In this document: positions 1-8,285 of the stretch, piece by piece
How positions within the stretch are numbered: position 1 is the first letter of the stretch
Layout: each line of letters starts with the position of its first letter
NCBI GenBank assembly: GCA_049974095.1
Contig: JBMFJD010000001.1
Span: forward strand, 81,508 to 113,507
From: Nanopusillaceae archaeon
GTDB lineage: Archaea > Nanobdellota > Nanobdellia > Nanobdellales > Nanobdellaceae
DNA: 32,000 nucleotides
Direction: 5' to 3'
Translations under genes and position numbers: made by a program
Notes under the pieces: model-generated
The model's database searches: none
What the model saw: the letters and a program-made list of their open reading frames with translations, nothing else
What the model was told of the DNA's origin: nothing

Positions 1-1
1 T

Positions 2-1663
2 TTGGAAATATTTAAAATATTACAAGATAAGAAACCATCTATTGATGAATCTTTATGTATTGGTTGCGGAATATGTGTTAAAAAATGTCCATATAATGCA
101 ATTATTATAATAAATTTAACAAAAGAACCAGAAGATAAACCTGTATTCCAATATGGACCAAATACATTTAGATTATATAGATTACCAATAATAAAGGAAG
201 GACAAATAATTGGAATAATTGGAAGAAATGGAATGGGAAAAACCACAGCAATAAATATTATTGCAGGATTATTAAAGCCAAATTTTGGAGATTTTAATAA
301 AAAATGGGAAGATAAAGAAATAATAAGAGAATTTAGAGGAACAGAATTGCAAAAATATTTTGAAAAATTATATAGTAATCAGGTAAAAATATCATATAAG
401 CCACAAAATATTTTACAGATTAGAAATATGGTAAAAGATTTAAAAGTAAGAGAATTTTTATCAAAAGTTATAAACAATGTTGATAAAGTATCTGAAGACT
501 TTGGAATAAAAAATATATTGGAAAAAAAGATAGAAAATTTATCTGGTGGAGAATTACAAAAAGTAATATATTTATATTCTTTATATAAAGAACATAATTT
601 GCTTTTAATAGATGAGATAACCAATTATTTAGATATATATGAGAGATTAAAAATATTAAATAATTTAAATGAATTAAAAGGAAAAGATACAATTATTATT
701 ATTGATCATGATCTATTATTCTTGGATTCGATTTCTGATATAATGCATATTGTATATGGAGTACAAAAAGCATATGGTGTATTCTCATATCCAATTGGAA
801 CAAAAGAAGGAATAAATCAATATTTATCTGGATTTATAAAAAGAGAAAATTTAAAGATAAGGGATAAACCAATTAGATTGGATGTTAAAAGTTATACAGA
901 TGTAAAATTTGGAGAAAAAATTGTTGAATGGGAAAATTTAAAAGTAAATCTTGGCAATTTTATATTAGAAGCTGAAAAAGGAGAAATAAGAAAAAATGAG
1001 ATAATTGGAATAATTGGAAGAAATGGAATTGGAAAAACTACTTTTGTTAGAACATTAGCTGGAGAAATAAAATATGAAGGATATGTATCAAAAAATATAA
1101 CTATTTCATATAAACCACAATTCTTTGATTTTTCTCAATATAATATTACTGTAGATCAATTTCTATCAAAATTTAATGAAAAATATAAATCAGAGTTTAA
1201 AGATTATTTACCAGATCTATATATTTCAGATTTATTAGATAGAGAGATAAATACATTATCTGGAGGAGAAAGCCAGACAGTTTATACATTTGCAACATTG
1301 ATTAAAGATGCGGATTTATATTTATTAGATGAACCATTTGCAAATTTAGATATAGAACAAAGATTAGTTTTATCAAAATTTATTAGAGACATAATAAAAA
1401 GTAAGGGAAAAGCATGTTTAATTGTAGATCATGATCTAATATTTCTAAATTGGATATCTGATAGATTATTAGTTTTTTTAGGAGAACCTGGAAAAAAAGG
1501 AAGAGTTACTGGACCATATGAAAATAAAGAAGGATTAAATATTTTCTTAAAAGAATTAGATATTACAATGAGGACAGATAAGGAAACTAAAAGACCAAGA
1601 ATAAATAAAAAAGGAAGTAGATTAGATCTAATACAAAAAGAGAGGGGAATATATTACGAGTAG
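2..1663 (+). CDS. abce1: ABCE1 (RNase L inhibitor-type) ribosome-recycling ATPase, 5' end cut by window edge
   Basis: 4Fe-4S ferredoxin motif CIGCGICVKKCP, then twin ABC domains. Walker A GIIGRNGMGKTT / GIIGRNGIGKTT, signatures LSGGELQ / LSGGESQ, Walker B LLLIDE / LYLLDEP. ORF is open to position 2. Confidence 0.93.
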   Translation: MEIFKILQDKKPSIDESLCIGCGICVKKCPYNAIIIINLTKEPEDKPVFQYGPNTFRLYRLPIIKEGQIIGIIGRNGMGKTTAINIIAGLLKPNFGDFNKKWEDKEIIREFRGTELQKYFEKLYSNQVKISYKPQNILQIRNMVKDLKVREFLSKVINNVDKVSEDFGIKNILEKKIENLSGGELQKVIYLYSLYKEHNLLLIDEITNYLDIYERLKILNNLNELKGKDTIIIIDHDLLFLDSISDIMHIVYGVQKAYGVFSYPIGTKEGINQYLSGFIKRENLKIRDKPIRLDVKSYTDVKFGEKIVEWENLKVNLGNFILEAEKGEIRKNEIIGIIGRNGIGKTTFVRTLAGEIKYEGYVSKNITISYKPQFFDFSQYNITVDQFLSKFNEKYKSEFKDYLPDLYISDLLDREINTLSGGESQTVYTFATLIKDADLYLLDEPFANLDIEQRLVLSKFIRDIIKSKGKACLIVDHDLIFLNWISDRLLVFLGEPGKKGRVTGPYENKEGLNIFLKELDITMRTDKETKRPRINKKGSRLDLIQKERGIYYE

Positions 1664-1819
1664 CTATTCTGCTTTTACAAATACATATACTGTTCCTCCA
1701 CAATATGGGCATTTTCCTTTAATTGCTGTTCTTCCATTCTTTAACGTTACTTTCACAGGATCTTTTACAGGTACTTTCTTTTTACATCTTACACAATATG
1801 CCATATATTGTTCAGCCAT
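1664..1819 (-). CDS. 51-aa zinc-ribbon protein, DUF5679-like (below the ORF-track size cutoff)
   Basis: Own minus-strand translation: MAEQYMAYCVRCKKKVPVKDPVKVTLKNGRTAIKGKCPYCGGTVYVFVKAE. Two CxxC pairs. ATG at 1819, TAG at 1664-1666. TATA-like aaatatataa about 30 nt upstream. Locally less AT-rich than the true spacers. Confidence 0.7.
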   Translation of the reverse strand: MAEQYMAYCVRCKKKVPVKDPVKVTLKNGRTAIKGKCPYCGGTVYVFVKAE

Positions 1820-1909
1820 TAAGTGTTTTTGTTGAAAATACTTATATATTTATTGGGGTATAATATAAATAAAAGAAAGAATAGAATTATAGTATATTTG
1901 ATTAAAAAA

Positions 1910-2923
1910 CTATGTTATGTTTTCCAAAACTTTATCATCTATATTTATTATTAAATATTCATTTTCCTTTGAAATATTTATATTAATATTTAGTTCCCCA
2001 AATTTTTTTCTTATTTCTTCTATATCATAATTTGAAAAAATCCAAGAATAAATTGTTAAAAATTGGGCAATCTTTTCCATTTTATTAATTTCGTTATTTA
2101 TTTCTTCTAAGTGTTTCTTTTGTTCTTCCATTATTCTTTTTATTTTTTCTTTTCTTTCATTTAATTCCCTAATTTTTTTATTTTCTATTATGCTATTATA
2201 TAATTTAATGAAGTAAGAATTCATATCTTTTATAATATTTCCTTCATTATCAATTATTAAATTTAATTCAACAATCTCTCTATAAATTTCATATATTTTT
2301 CTAGCTTCCTCTTCACTGATTTCTCCAGGTTTTTTATCTTTTTTTATATTTAATTTATTTAATATATATTCTGAATATTTTCCACCCAATGAGAAATCTA
2401 TAGATAATGTTCTTACAATATCTTTTTTATTAGAATTTTTTATTTTTTGATAAAAATCATCAAAATTATTATATATGAATAAATTCTTTGGAGGTTTTTT
2501 ATATTCTTCTCCTTTATATATTTTTCTTATTCCAAAATCTTTATATTGATTTGCATATAATATTTTATTATTTAAATCTGTTATAATAATTAATCCATTT
2601 GGAAATAATTCAAAATATATTCTTTTTTCATCAGTTTCAATAATAATTATTTTATCTTCTTCATTCAATTTAAATTTTATCTTTTTTCCATTAAAATCTT
2701 TTCTTAATCTTAATAAAAATTTGTTTGTTTCTTCTCTTTCCTTTATATTATATAAAAATATTATCTTTCCAGGTATTATATATAAAAACCTGTTTTCAAT
2801 TCCCTTCTTATATATTTCAATTATTATTCCTTCTTCACTATTAAATATATTTTTTATTATTGAATCATTAATTTTTTCTTTATTTTCTTCATACCATTTT
2901 TTTAGTTCAAAATAATTTATCAT
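1910..2923 (-). CDS. NFACT-N domain protein (Rqc2/FbpA-like ribosome quality control factor), N-terminal module plus coiled coil only
   Basis: Matches the NFACT-N pattern: FLLRLRKDFNGKKI, RIYFELFPNGLIIITDLNNKILYA, RKIYKGEEYKKPP, then a HhH-like SLGGKYSEYILNKL and a K/E coiled coil. Ends before any NFACT-R (DUF814) segment. Confidence 0.65.
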   Translation of the reverse strand: MINYFELKKWYEENKEKINDSIIKNIFNSEEGIIIEIYKKGIENRFLYIIPGKIIFLYNIKEREETNKFLLRLRKDFNGKKIKFKLNEEDKIIIIETDEKRIYFELFPNGLIIITDLNNKILYANQYKDFGIRKIYKGEEYKKPPKNLFIYNNFDDFYQKIKNSNKKDIVRTLSIDFSLGGKYSEYILNKLNIKKDKKPGEISEEEARKIYEIYREIVELNLIIDNEGNIIKDMNSYFIKLYNSIIENKKIRELNERKEKIKRIMEEQKKHLEEINNEINKMEKIAQFLTIYSWIFSNYDIEEIRKKFGELNININISKENEYLIINIDDKVLENIT

Positions 2924-2988
2924 AAAAATATATTTCTAAATACTTTTATATGAAGAAGATTTGGGGCACTGATAAATGATAAAATTTC

Positions 2989-4713
2989 TTAAACAGATTT
3001 CTTTCCAATTATAATATATTTTCTAAATAAATGTTTGTTTATCTTTATTACATATGTTTTTATTTTATAAGAATTTAATAATTCAATTATTTTCTCTAAT
3101 TCTTCCTCAAAATCTTTTATTTCAAAAATATCTACATAATTTATTGATATAAGATATCCATTATTTTTTAAAGCTTTGTATATATTTTTTACAAACTTGT
3201 TTTTATCTATTATAAATTTCAATGTTTCATATACAATTATTAAATCAATGCTATCATATAGAAACTTTGGTATTTCATCTTTTTTTGCAATATATACAAA
3301 ATAATTCTCTAATTTTTTTGCTTTCTTTAGTAATTTTCTTATAATTTTTAACGAAATATCAATTCCATATATCTTTACATTATATTTTTTTGCAATTTCA
3401 ATAGATATATCTCCTAAAAAAGGACCGAAATCCAATATCTTATATTTATTTTTAACAAAGCATTCAATTATCTTAATATCTTCTTTATGAAATATTTTCC
3501 TAAACAAATATGAAAGAAAATATAAATATGAAAAATAGAATCTTATCAATTTTATATTCTTTTTCCAAGTAATTTTTAATGCTATAAATATTGATAAAAT
3601 AAATATAAAGAATGAAATTATTAAAATTAGAATATTTTGAATAATATAATAAAAGAGATAATAAAAGAAGATTGTTAATGCCAATATTGATAAAAATATT
3701 TTGAAAAATCTTTTTCTACTAAAATATTTTGAGGATAATTTTATTTTATTGTATGATATTATATAAAGAATATAAATAATTATTGTAAAAATTGAGAAAA
3801 AAGATAATATATCAGTGATTTTAAATATAGATATTAAAATTAATATTAAAAAAGTTGAAAGAAAAATATTAAATATTGGAGAATCATTTCTATTCTTTAT
3901 TCTAAATATATATGGAAGCAATTTTTCCTCAGATATATATTTTAATATATTATTTGCAGTATAGAACCAAATATATGTTGTTAATATACCAAATGGTAAA
4001 GAAAGAAATAATATTAATGTATAAAAATGAGAATTTCTAATATTTAGAAAAGAAAGATATAATAAAAAAGATAAAATAGATATTATAATTGTTCCATAAT
4101 ATGTAGAATTTCCTGTTTTTTTGCTATTAAAATAATTTGAATAATAAGTTAAAAGATCAATACCAGAAAATATTGAAGAAAAATAAATTAGTGAAAAAGA
4201 AAAAATATTTGTATTATTTTCTATATTTAAATTTATAGGATAAATAAAAGATAAAATTATTATTAATAGGAAAAAAGATAAATAAGATATTATTTCTTCA
4301 AATTTACTTTCAATATTTATATCAAATAGATTAAATAATAAGAAAATTAAAATAATTAAATATGGAATAAAAACAAGATAAATATCTATTTCTTTTAGAA
4401 AATATAAAAGTAAATAAAATTCTGAAGAAATGAAAGAAATTGTTGATAAATAATATGTTATTCCTAAATATGGCAATAGATGTCTAGATAATTTACCTAT
4501 ATAATGAAAAATCCCCATTTTATTAGGATCTCTAGTTATAGAATCTCTTAGAAGATAAGAAAGAAAAATAAAAGATAAAATAAATGGAATTGATGATAAA
4601 AGTAAAAATATTGGTGATATATAATCTGATTTAATTAATAATAAAAGGAAAGGGACAGTAGGAGTTATAATCGAAGAAATAAATATTATTAAATAATCAA
4701 ATGTTCTTTTCAT
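2989..4713 (-). CDS. Fusion protein: APC-superfamily-like polytopic permease domain (about 400 aa) plus C-terminal class I SAM-dependent methyltransferase domain
   Basis: About 11-12 hydrophobic spans. APC-like stretches IFSGIDLLTYYSNYF..KKTGNSTYYGTIIISILSFLLYL and ISEEKLLPYIFRIKNRNDSPIFNIFLS. C-terminal MTase motifs: ILDFGPFLGDIS (motif I), IYGIDIS (post-I), IDLIIVYETL (II), LKNNGYLIS (III). Confidence 0.6.
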   Translation of the reverse strand: MKRTFDYLIIFISSIITPTVPFLLLLIKSDYISPIFLLLSSIPFILSFIFLSYLLRDSITRDPNKMGIFHYIGKLSRHLLPYLGITYYLSTISFISSEFYLLLYFLKEIDIYLVFIPYLIILIFLLFNLFDINIESKFEEIISYLSFFLLIIILSFIYPINLNIENNTNIFSFSLIYFSSIFSGIDLLTYYSNYFNSKKTGNSTYYGTIIISILSFLLYLSFLNIRNSHFYTLILFLSLPFGILTTYIWFYTANNILKYISEEKLLPYIFRIKNRNDSPIFNIFLSTFLILILISIFKITDILSFFSIFTIIIYILYIISYNKIKLSSKYFSRKRFFKIFLSILALTIFFYYLFYYIIQNILILIISFFIFILSIFIALKITWKKNIKLIRFYFSYLYFLSYLFRKIFHKEDIKIIECFVKNKYKILDFGPFLGDISIEIAKKYNVKIYGIDISLKIIRKLLKKAKKLENYFVYIAKKDEIPKFLYDSIDLIIVYETLKFIIDKNKFVKNIYKALKNNGYLISINYVDIFEIKDFEEELEKIIELLNSYKIKTYVIKINKHLFRKYIIIGKKSV

Positions 4714-4798
4714 TTAAATGCAGTTTTTCTTAAAAAATATAACAATTTGTCATTACTCATAAGTAACCAATTTAAATTATGCTATTAATATATTTGCT

Positions 4799-5890
4799 AT
4801 GGAAATAGGGATTGCTTTAAGTCACTTTCAAATATCAAAGGAAATACCTAAAGAGGATATATGGGTAAAATATTCAAATGGAAAGTTACCTTTACCCTAT
4901 AAAGGGATAAGAGAATTAAAAGGGAAAGATTTAGATGATTTAATAAATATATTAACATTAGAAGGAGAAATAAAAGATATTAGATTTTCTATATTGCCTT
5001 CTTATATTGAAGAAAATGGAAAAATCAATAAAGAAAAATTAAAAGAATATAAAAATCTTTTTTCAATATTAAAAGACAATAATGTAAATATTTTATTAGT
5101 TTTAATTCATTATATTTATCCATATTATTGGGGTTCTATATTTGAAAAGGATTTTTACAAGAATGTAATAAATTTTATTGAAAATATAAAAGAAATATTT
5201 GATCATACAGATTCAATTACTCCTGTAAATGAACCTGCAGTATGGATATATAGATTATTAACAATAAAAGCTTCTCCTTATAGAAAATACATTTTTATTC
5301 CAAATAAACTAATTAAATTAATAAAAATAGCAAAAGAAAATATAAAAGAAATAAGTAATTATATATGGGATAATTATAAAGAAAGAACTATAATAAATAA
5401 TGTATTTGCTTTAAGTACAAAAGATATTTTAAATATAGTAAAACCATTTTTGAATATATATAAAGAATTTGATTATTTACCTTCTCATTTAATTGGATTA
5501 AATTATTATGGAACATTTGAATTATTTGGAGGAGAGAAAAATTTTTATGGTGATAGATTTTCTATATTTAAATTAGATACCAACAATTTAGAAAAAATAA
5601 TTATAGATTATAGAAAAAGAACAGGAAAAGATGTAATAATAACAGAAATTGGAATGAGTGCCAATAATAAAGAAGAGGAAGAATATAGAATTAAATATTT
5701 TGAAAAAGTTTTTGATTTATCTTTAAGATTAGGAATAAGAAAAGTATATATATGGTCATCAACAGATAATTTTGAGTGGGAAGATGAATATAAGAAAAAA
5801 TTTGGTGTGTGTTATAGTTTAGAATATGATGGATTTAAAAAGAAAGAAATATGTAACAATTTTATAGAGTTAATTAATAAATATAAATAG
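4799..5890 (+). CDS. Short glycoside hydrolase family 1-like (clan GH-A) protein
   Basis: Acid/base-type motif TPVNEPAVW, nucleophile-type motif VIITEIGMS, and the GH1-like C-terminal STDNFEWEDEYKKKFGV. 363 aa, about 100 aa shorter than typical GH1 enzymes. Confidence 0.55.
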   Translation: MEIGIALSHFQISKEIPKEDIWVKYSNGKLPLPYKGIRELKGKDLDDLINILTLEGEIKDIRFSILPSYIEENGKINKEKLKEYKNLFSILKDNNVNILLVLIHYIYPYYWGSIFEKDFYKNVINFIENIKEIFDHTDSITPVNEPAVWIYRLLTIKASPYRKYIFIPNKLIKLIKIAKENIKEISNYIWDNYKERTIINNVFALSTKDILNIVKPFLNIYKEFDYLPSHLIGLNYYGTFELFGGEKNFYGDRFSIFKLDTNNLEKIIIDYRKRTGKDVIITEIGMSANNKEEEEYRIKYFEKVFDLSLRLGIRKVYIWSSTDNFEWEDEYKKKFGVCYSLEYDGFKKKEICNNFIELINKYK

Positions 5891-5908
5891 TTTTTTTATA
5901 ATATTTTT

Positions 5909-7660
5909 ATGCTGATAATAGCTGAGAAACCATCTGTAGCAAGAAAAATATCATCATTTTTATCAAATAATAACTTTAGAAAAATATATTTCTCGAAAAA
6001 TATGAGCTACTATTTTTTTAAAAAAGATAATAAAAATATTTTTGTAGTTCCATCAATAGGACATTTATTTACAATTTCAGATCTAAATAACAAGTATACT
6101 TATCCAACATTTAATTATAAATGGGTTCCTTCTTATGTTGAGGATGGAATTAAAATAAAGAAATTATATATTTATATGCTTTCAAAATTTAGAAATGAAA
6201 ATGAAATAATTATTGCAACAGATTATGATATAGAAGGAGAATTAATTGGATATAATATATTAAGATTTATTTTAAATAAAAATAGTGCAAAAAGAATGAT
6301 ATTTTCTGCAATAACATATAAAGATATATTAAGAGCATATAATAATTTAGGAAATTTAAATGTAGGATATTATTTAGCTGGAGAAACAAGGCATATTGTT
6401 GATTGGTTATATGGAATAAATTTATCTAGAGCTTTAACAAGAGCAATAAGACATTATAATAAAAATATAATATTGAGTATTGGAAGGGTTCAGGGACCAA
6501 CATTAAAATTAGTATATTTAAGAGAAAGAGAAATAAAAGAATTTGTACCAGAAGAATATTATAAATTGGAAGCAATAGTAAAAAAAGAAGGTAAATTAAT
6601 AAAATTTTTATATAAAAAAGAAAAAATAGAAAATAAAGATGAGGCAATAAAAATAAAAGAGAGTATTGGAAAATATTTGAATGTTTTAAATATTGAAAGT
6701 AAAAAATTAACTATAGATCCTTTACATCCATATAATTTAACAGATATACAGGTAGATGCTTATAAATTATATAAAATAAGTCCAAAGAACACTTTAGATA
6801 TATTACAATCATTATATGAAAGAGGATATGTATCATATCCAAGAACTTCTTCTCAGAGATTGCCAGATACAATTAATTTTAGAGAAATATTTGAAAATCT
6901 ATTATCTTTAAAAAATTATAAAACATATATTGAAAAGATATTAAAGAAAGAATATTTAAAGCCAAATAATGGAAAAAAAGATGATGTACATCCAGCAATT
7001 CATCCTACAGGAGTAATACCTGAAAATTTAAATAAAAAAGAATTTTTAATATATGATCTTGTTGTTAGAAGATTTATTGCAACATTTTCAGATCCTGCAG
7101 TTGAAATTCATTATAAAATAAATACAAAGGAAGGATTTTATTATGAATATAAAAATATATTAGATAAAGGATGGATAGATGTATATTGGGAAATAATGAA
7201 ATATAATTATGAAAATAATAGATTTTATGAAGGGGAAAAATTAGAAATATTAAAATTAAATATAAGAAAAACAAAAACAAAACCGCCTTCTAGATATAAT
7301 CAAGCTTCATTAGTTAAAAGAATGGAGGAATTAAATTTAGGAACAAAATCTACAAGAGCAGAAATTGTTAGTATATTATTTAAAAGGAACTATGTAAAAG
7401 GAAAATCAATATATTTAACTGAACTTGGAGAGAAAATAATAGAAATATTAGAAAAATATTATCCAGAAATATTAGATATAGGACTAACAAGAAAATTAGA
7501 AGAAAAATTAGATAGATTAGAAAAGAATCCAAAGGAAGAAATAAAGGAAGAAATAATTAATGAAGTAAAGGAGATATTAAAAAATGTATTAACGGATTTT
7601 AAAAATAAGGAAGAAAAAATTGGAGAAGAAATATATAGTATAATAAAAGGTAAGGGATAG
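5909..7660 (+). CDS. topA: DNA topoisomerase, type IA (TopA/Topo III-like core, no C-terminal zinc ribbons)
   Basis: Toprim N-terminus MLIIAEKPSVARKI, acidic DxD cluster ATDYDIEGELIG, active-site tyrosine motif GYVSYPRTSSQRL. Confidence 0.9.
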   Translation: MLIIAEKPSVARKISSFLSNNNFRKIYFSKNMSYYFFKKDNKNIFVVPSIGHLFTISDLNNKYTYPTFNYKWVPSYVEDGIKIKKLYIYMLSKFRNENEIIIATDYDIEGELIGYNILRFILNKNSAKRMIFSAITYKDILRAYNNLGNLNVGYYLAGETRHIVDWLYGINLSRALTRAIRHYNKNIILSIGRVQGPTLKLVYLREREIKEFVPEEYYKLEAIVKKEGKLIKFLYKKEKIENKDEAIKIKESIGKYLNVLNIESKKLTIDPLHPYNLTDIQVDAYKLYKISPKNTLDILQSLYERGYVSYPRTSSQRLPDTINFREIFENLLSLKNYKTYIEKILKKEYLKPNNGKKDDVHPAIHPTGVIPENLNKKEFLIYDLVVRRFIATFSDPAVEIHYKINTKEGFYYEYKNILDKGWIDVYWEIMKYNYENNRFYEGEKLEILKLNIRKTKTKPPSRYNQASLVKRMEELNLGTKSTRAEIVSILFKRNYVKGKSIYLTELGEKIIEILEKYYPEILDIGLTRKLEEKLDRLEKNPKEEIKEEIINEVKEILKNVLTDFKNKEEKIGEEIYSIIKGKG

Positions 7661-7665
7661 TTTAA

Positions 7666-8256
7666 TTATAAATATGATAAAATTTCATTTAATATTTCCT
7701 CTGGTTTTTTTGTAGCATCAATATATATTATATTATCTTCTGGAAATATATTTTTTAATTCTAAAAATTTCTTTCTTATCTTTTCCAGAGCTTCTTTTCT
7801 CTCATAATATGTTTTTTCACTATTTCTATTTCCAATTCTCCTCATTGCTTCTTCTGCTGATAAATCTAGAACGAATGTAATATCTGGTCTTTTAATATAT
7901 TTACTTATTTCTTTTAGCCAATTTATATCAAATCTTTCATATAAAGATTGATATGAAAATGTAGAATATATTGTTCTATCAGATATAACAATATATCCTT
8001 CATTTAACATTTTATTTAATTGAATATTTTGTATTTGTCTATCTGCAGTAAATAATAATGCCAATGTAACACCATATTCTAAATTTTCTTCATGAGGTTT
8101 TCCTATTATCTCTATTATTTTATCTCTTAAAGGACCAGGTTCCTTTTTAATAAATACTTTATATCCATTCTTTTCTAAATATCCTTTTAATAAATTTACA
8201 ATAGTAGATTTTCCACTTCCATCTATTCCATCAATTCCTATATATTTATATTTCAT
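7666..8256 (-). CDS. tmk: Thymidylate (dTMP) kinase
   Basis: P-loop IGIDGIDGSGKST, KKEPG, and the DRTIYSTFSYQ motif. Size is 196 aa. Confidence 0.88.
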   Translation of the reverse strand: MKYKYIGIDGIDGSGKSTIVNLLKGYLEKNGYKVFIKKEPGPLRDKIIEIIGKPHEENLEYGVTLALLFTADRQIQNIQLNKMLNEGYIVISDRTIYSTFSYQSLYERFDINWLKEISKYIKRPDITFVLDLSAEEAMRRIGNRNSEKTYYERKEALEKIRKKFLELKNIFPEDNIIYIDATKKPEEILNEILSYL

Positions 8257-8285
8257 TAATTTGTTTTTCTTTAAAATTTTATATT

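Noticed and set aside
379-692. Track ORFs 379..624(-) and 468..692(-), antisense to ABCE1
   Set aside because: Low-complexity I/L/F/K-rich shadow ORFs inside a strongly conserved gene. AT-rich DNA keeps antisense frames open by chance.
5909-7660. Possibility that the 583-aa topoisomerase is the topoisomerase half of a split reverse gyrase, as in Nanoarchaeum
   Set aside because: The N-terminus reads IIAEKPSVA and the active site reads SYPRTSS. Both are typical of TopA/Topo III-type enzymes, not of the reverse gyrase topoisomerase domain as I recall it. This needs a phylogeny to be certain.
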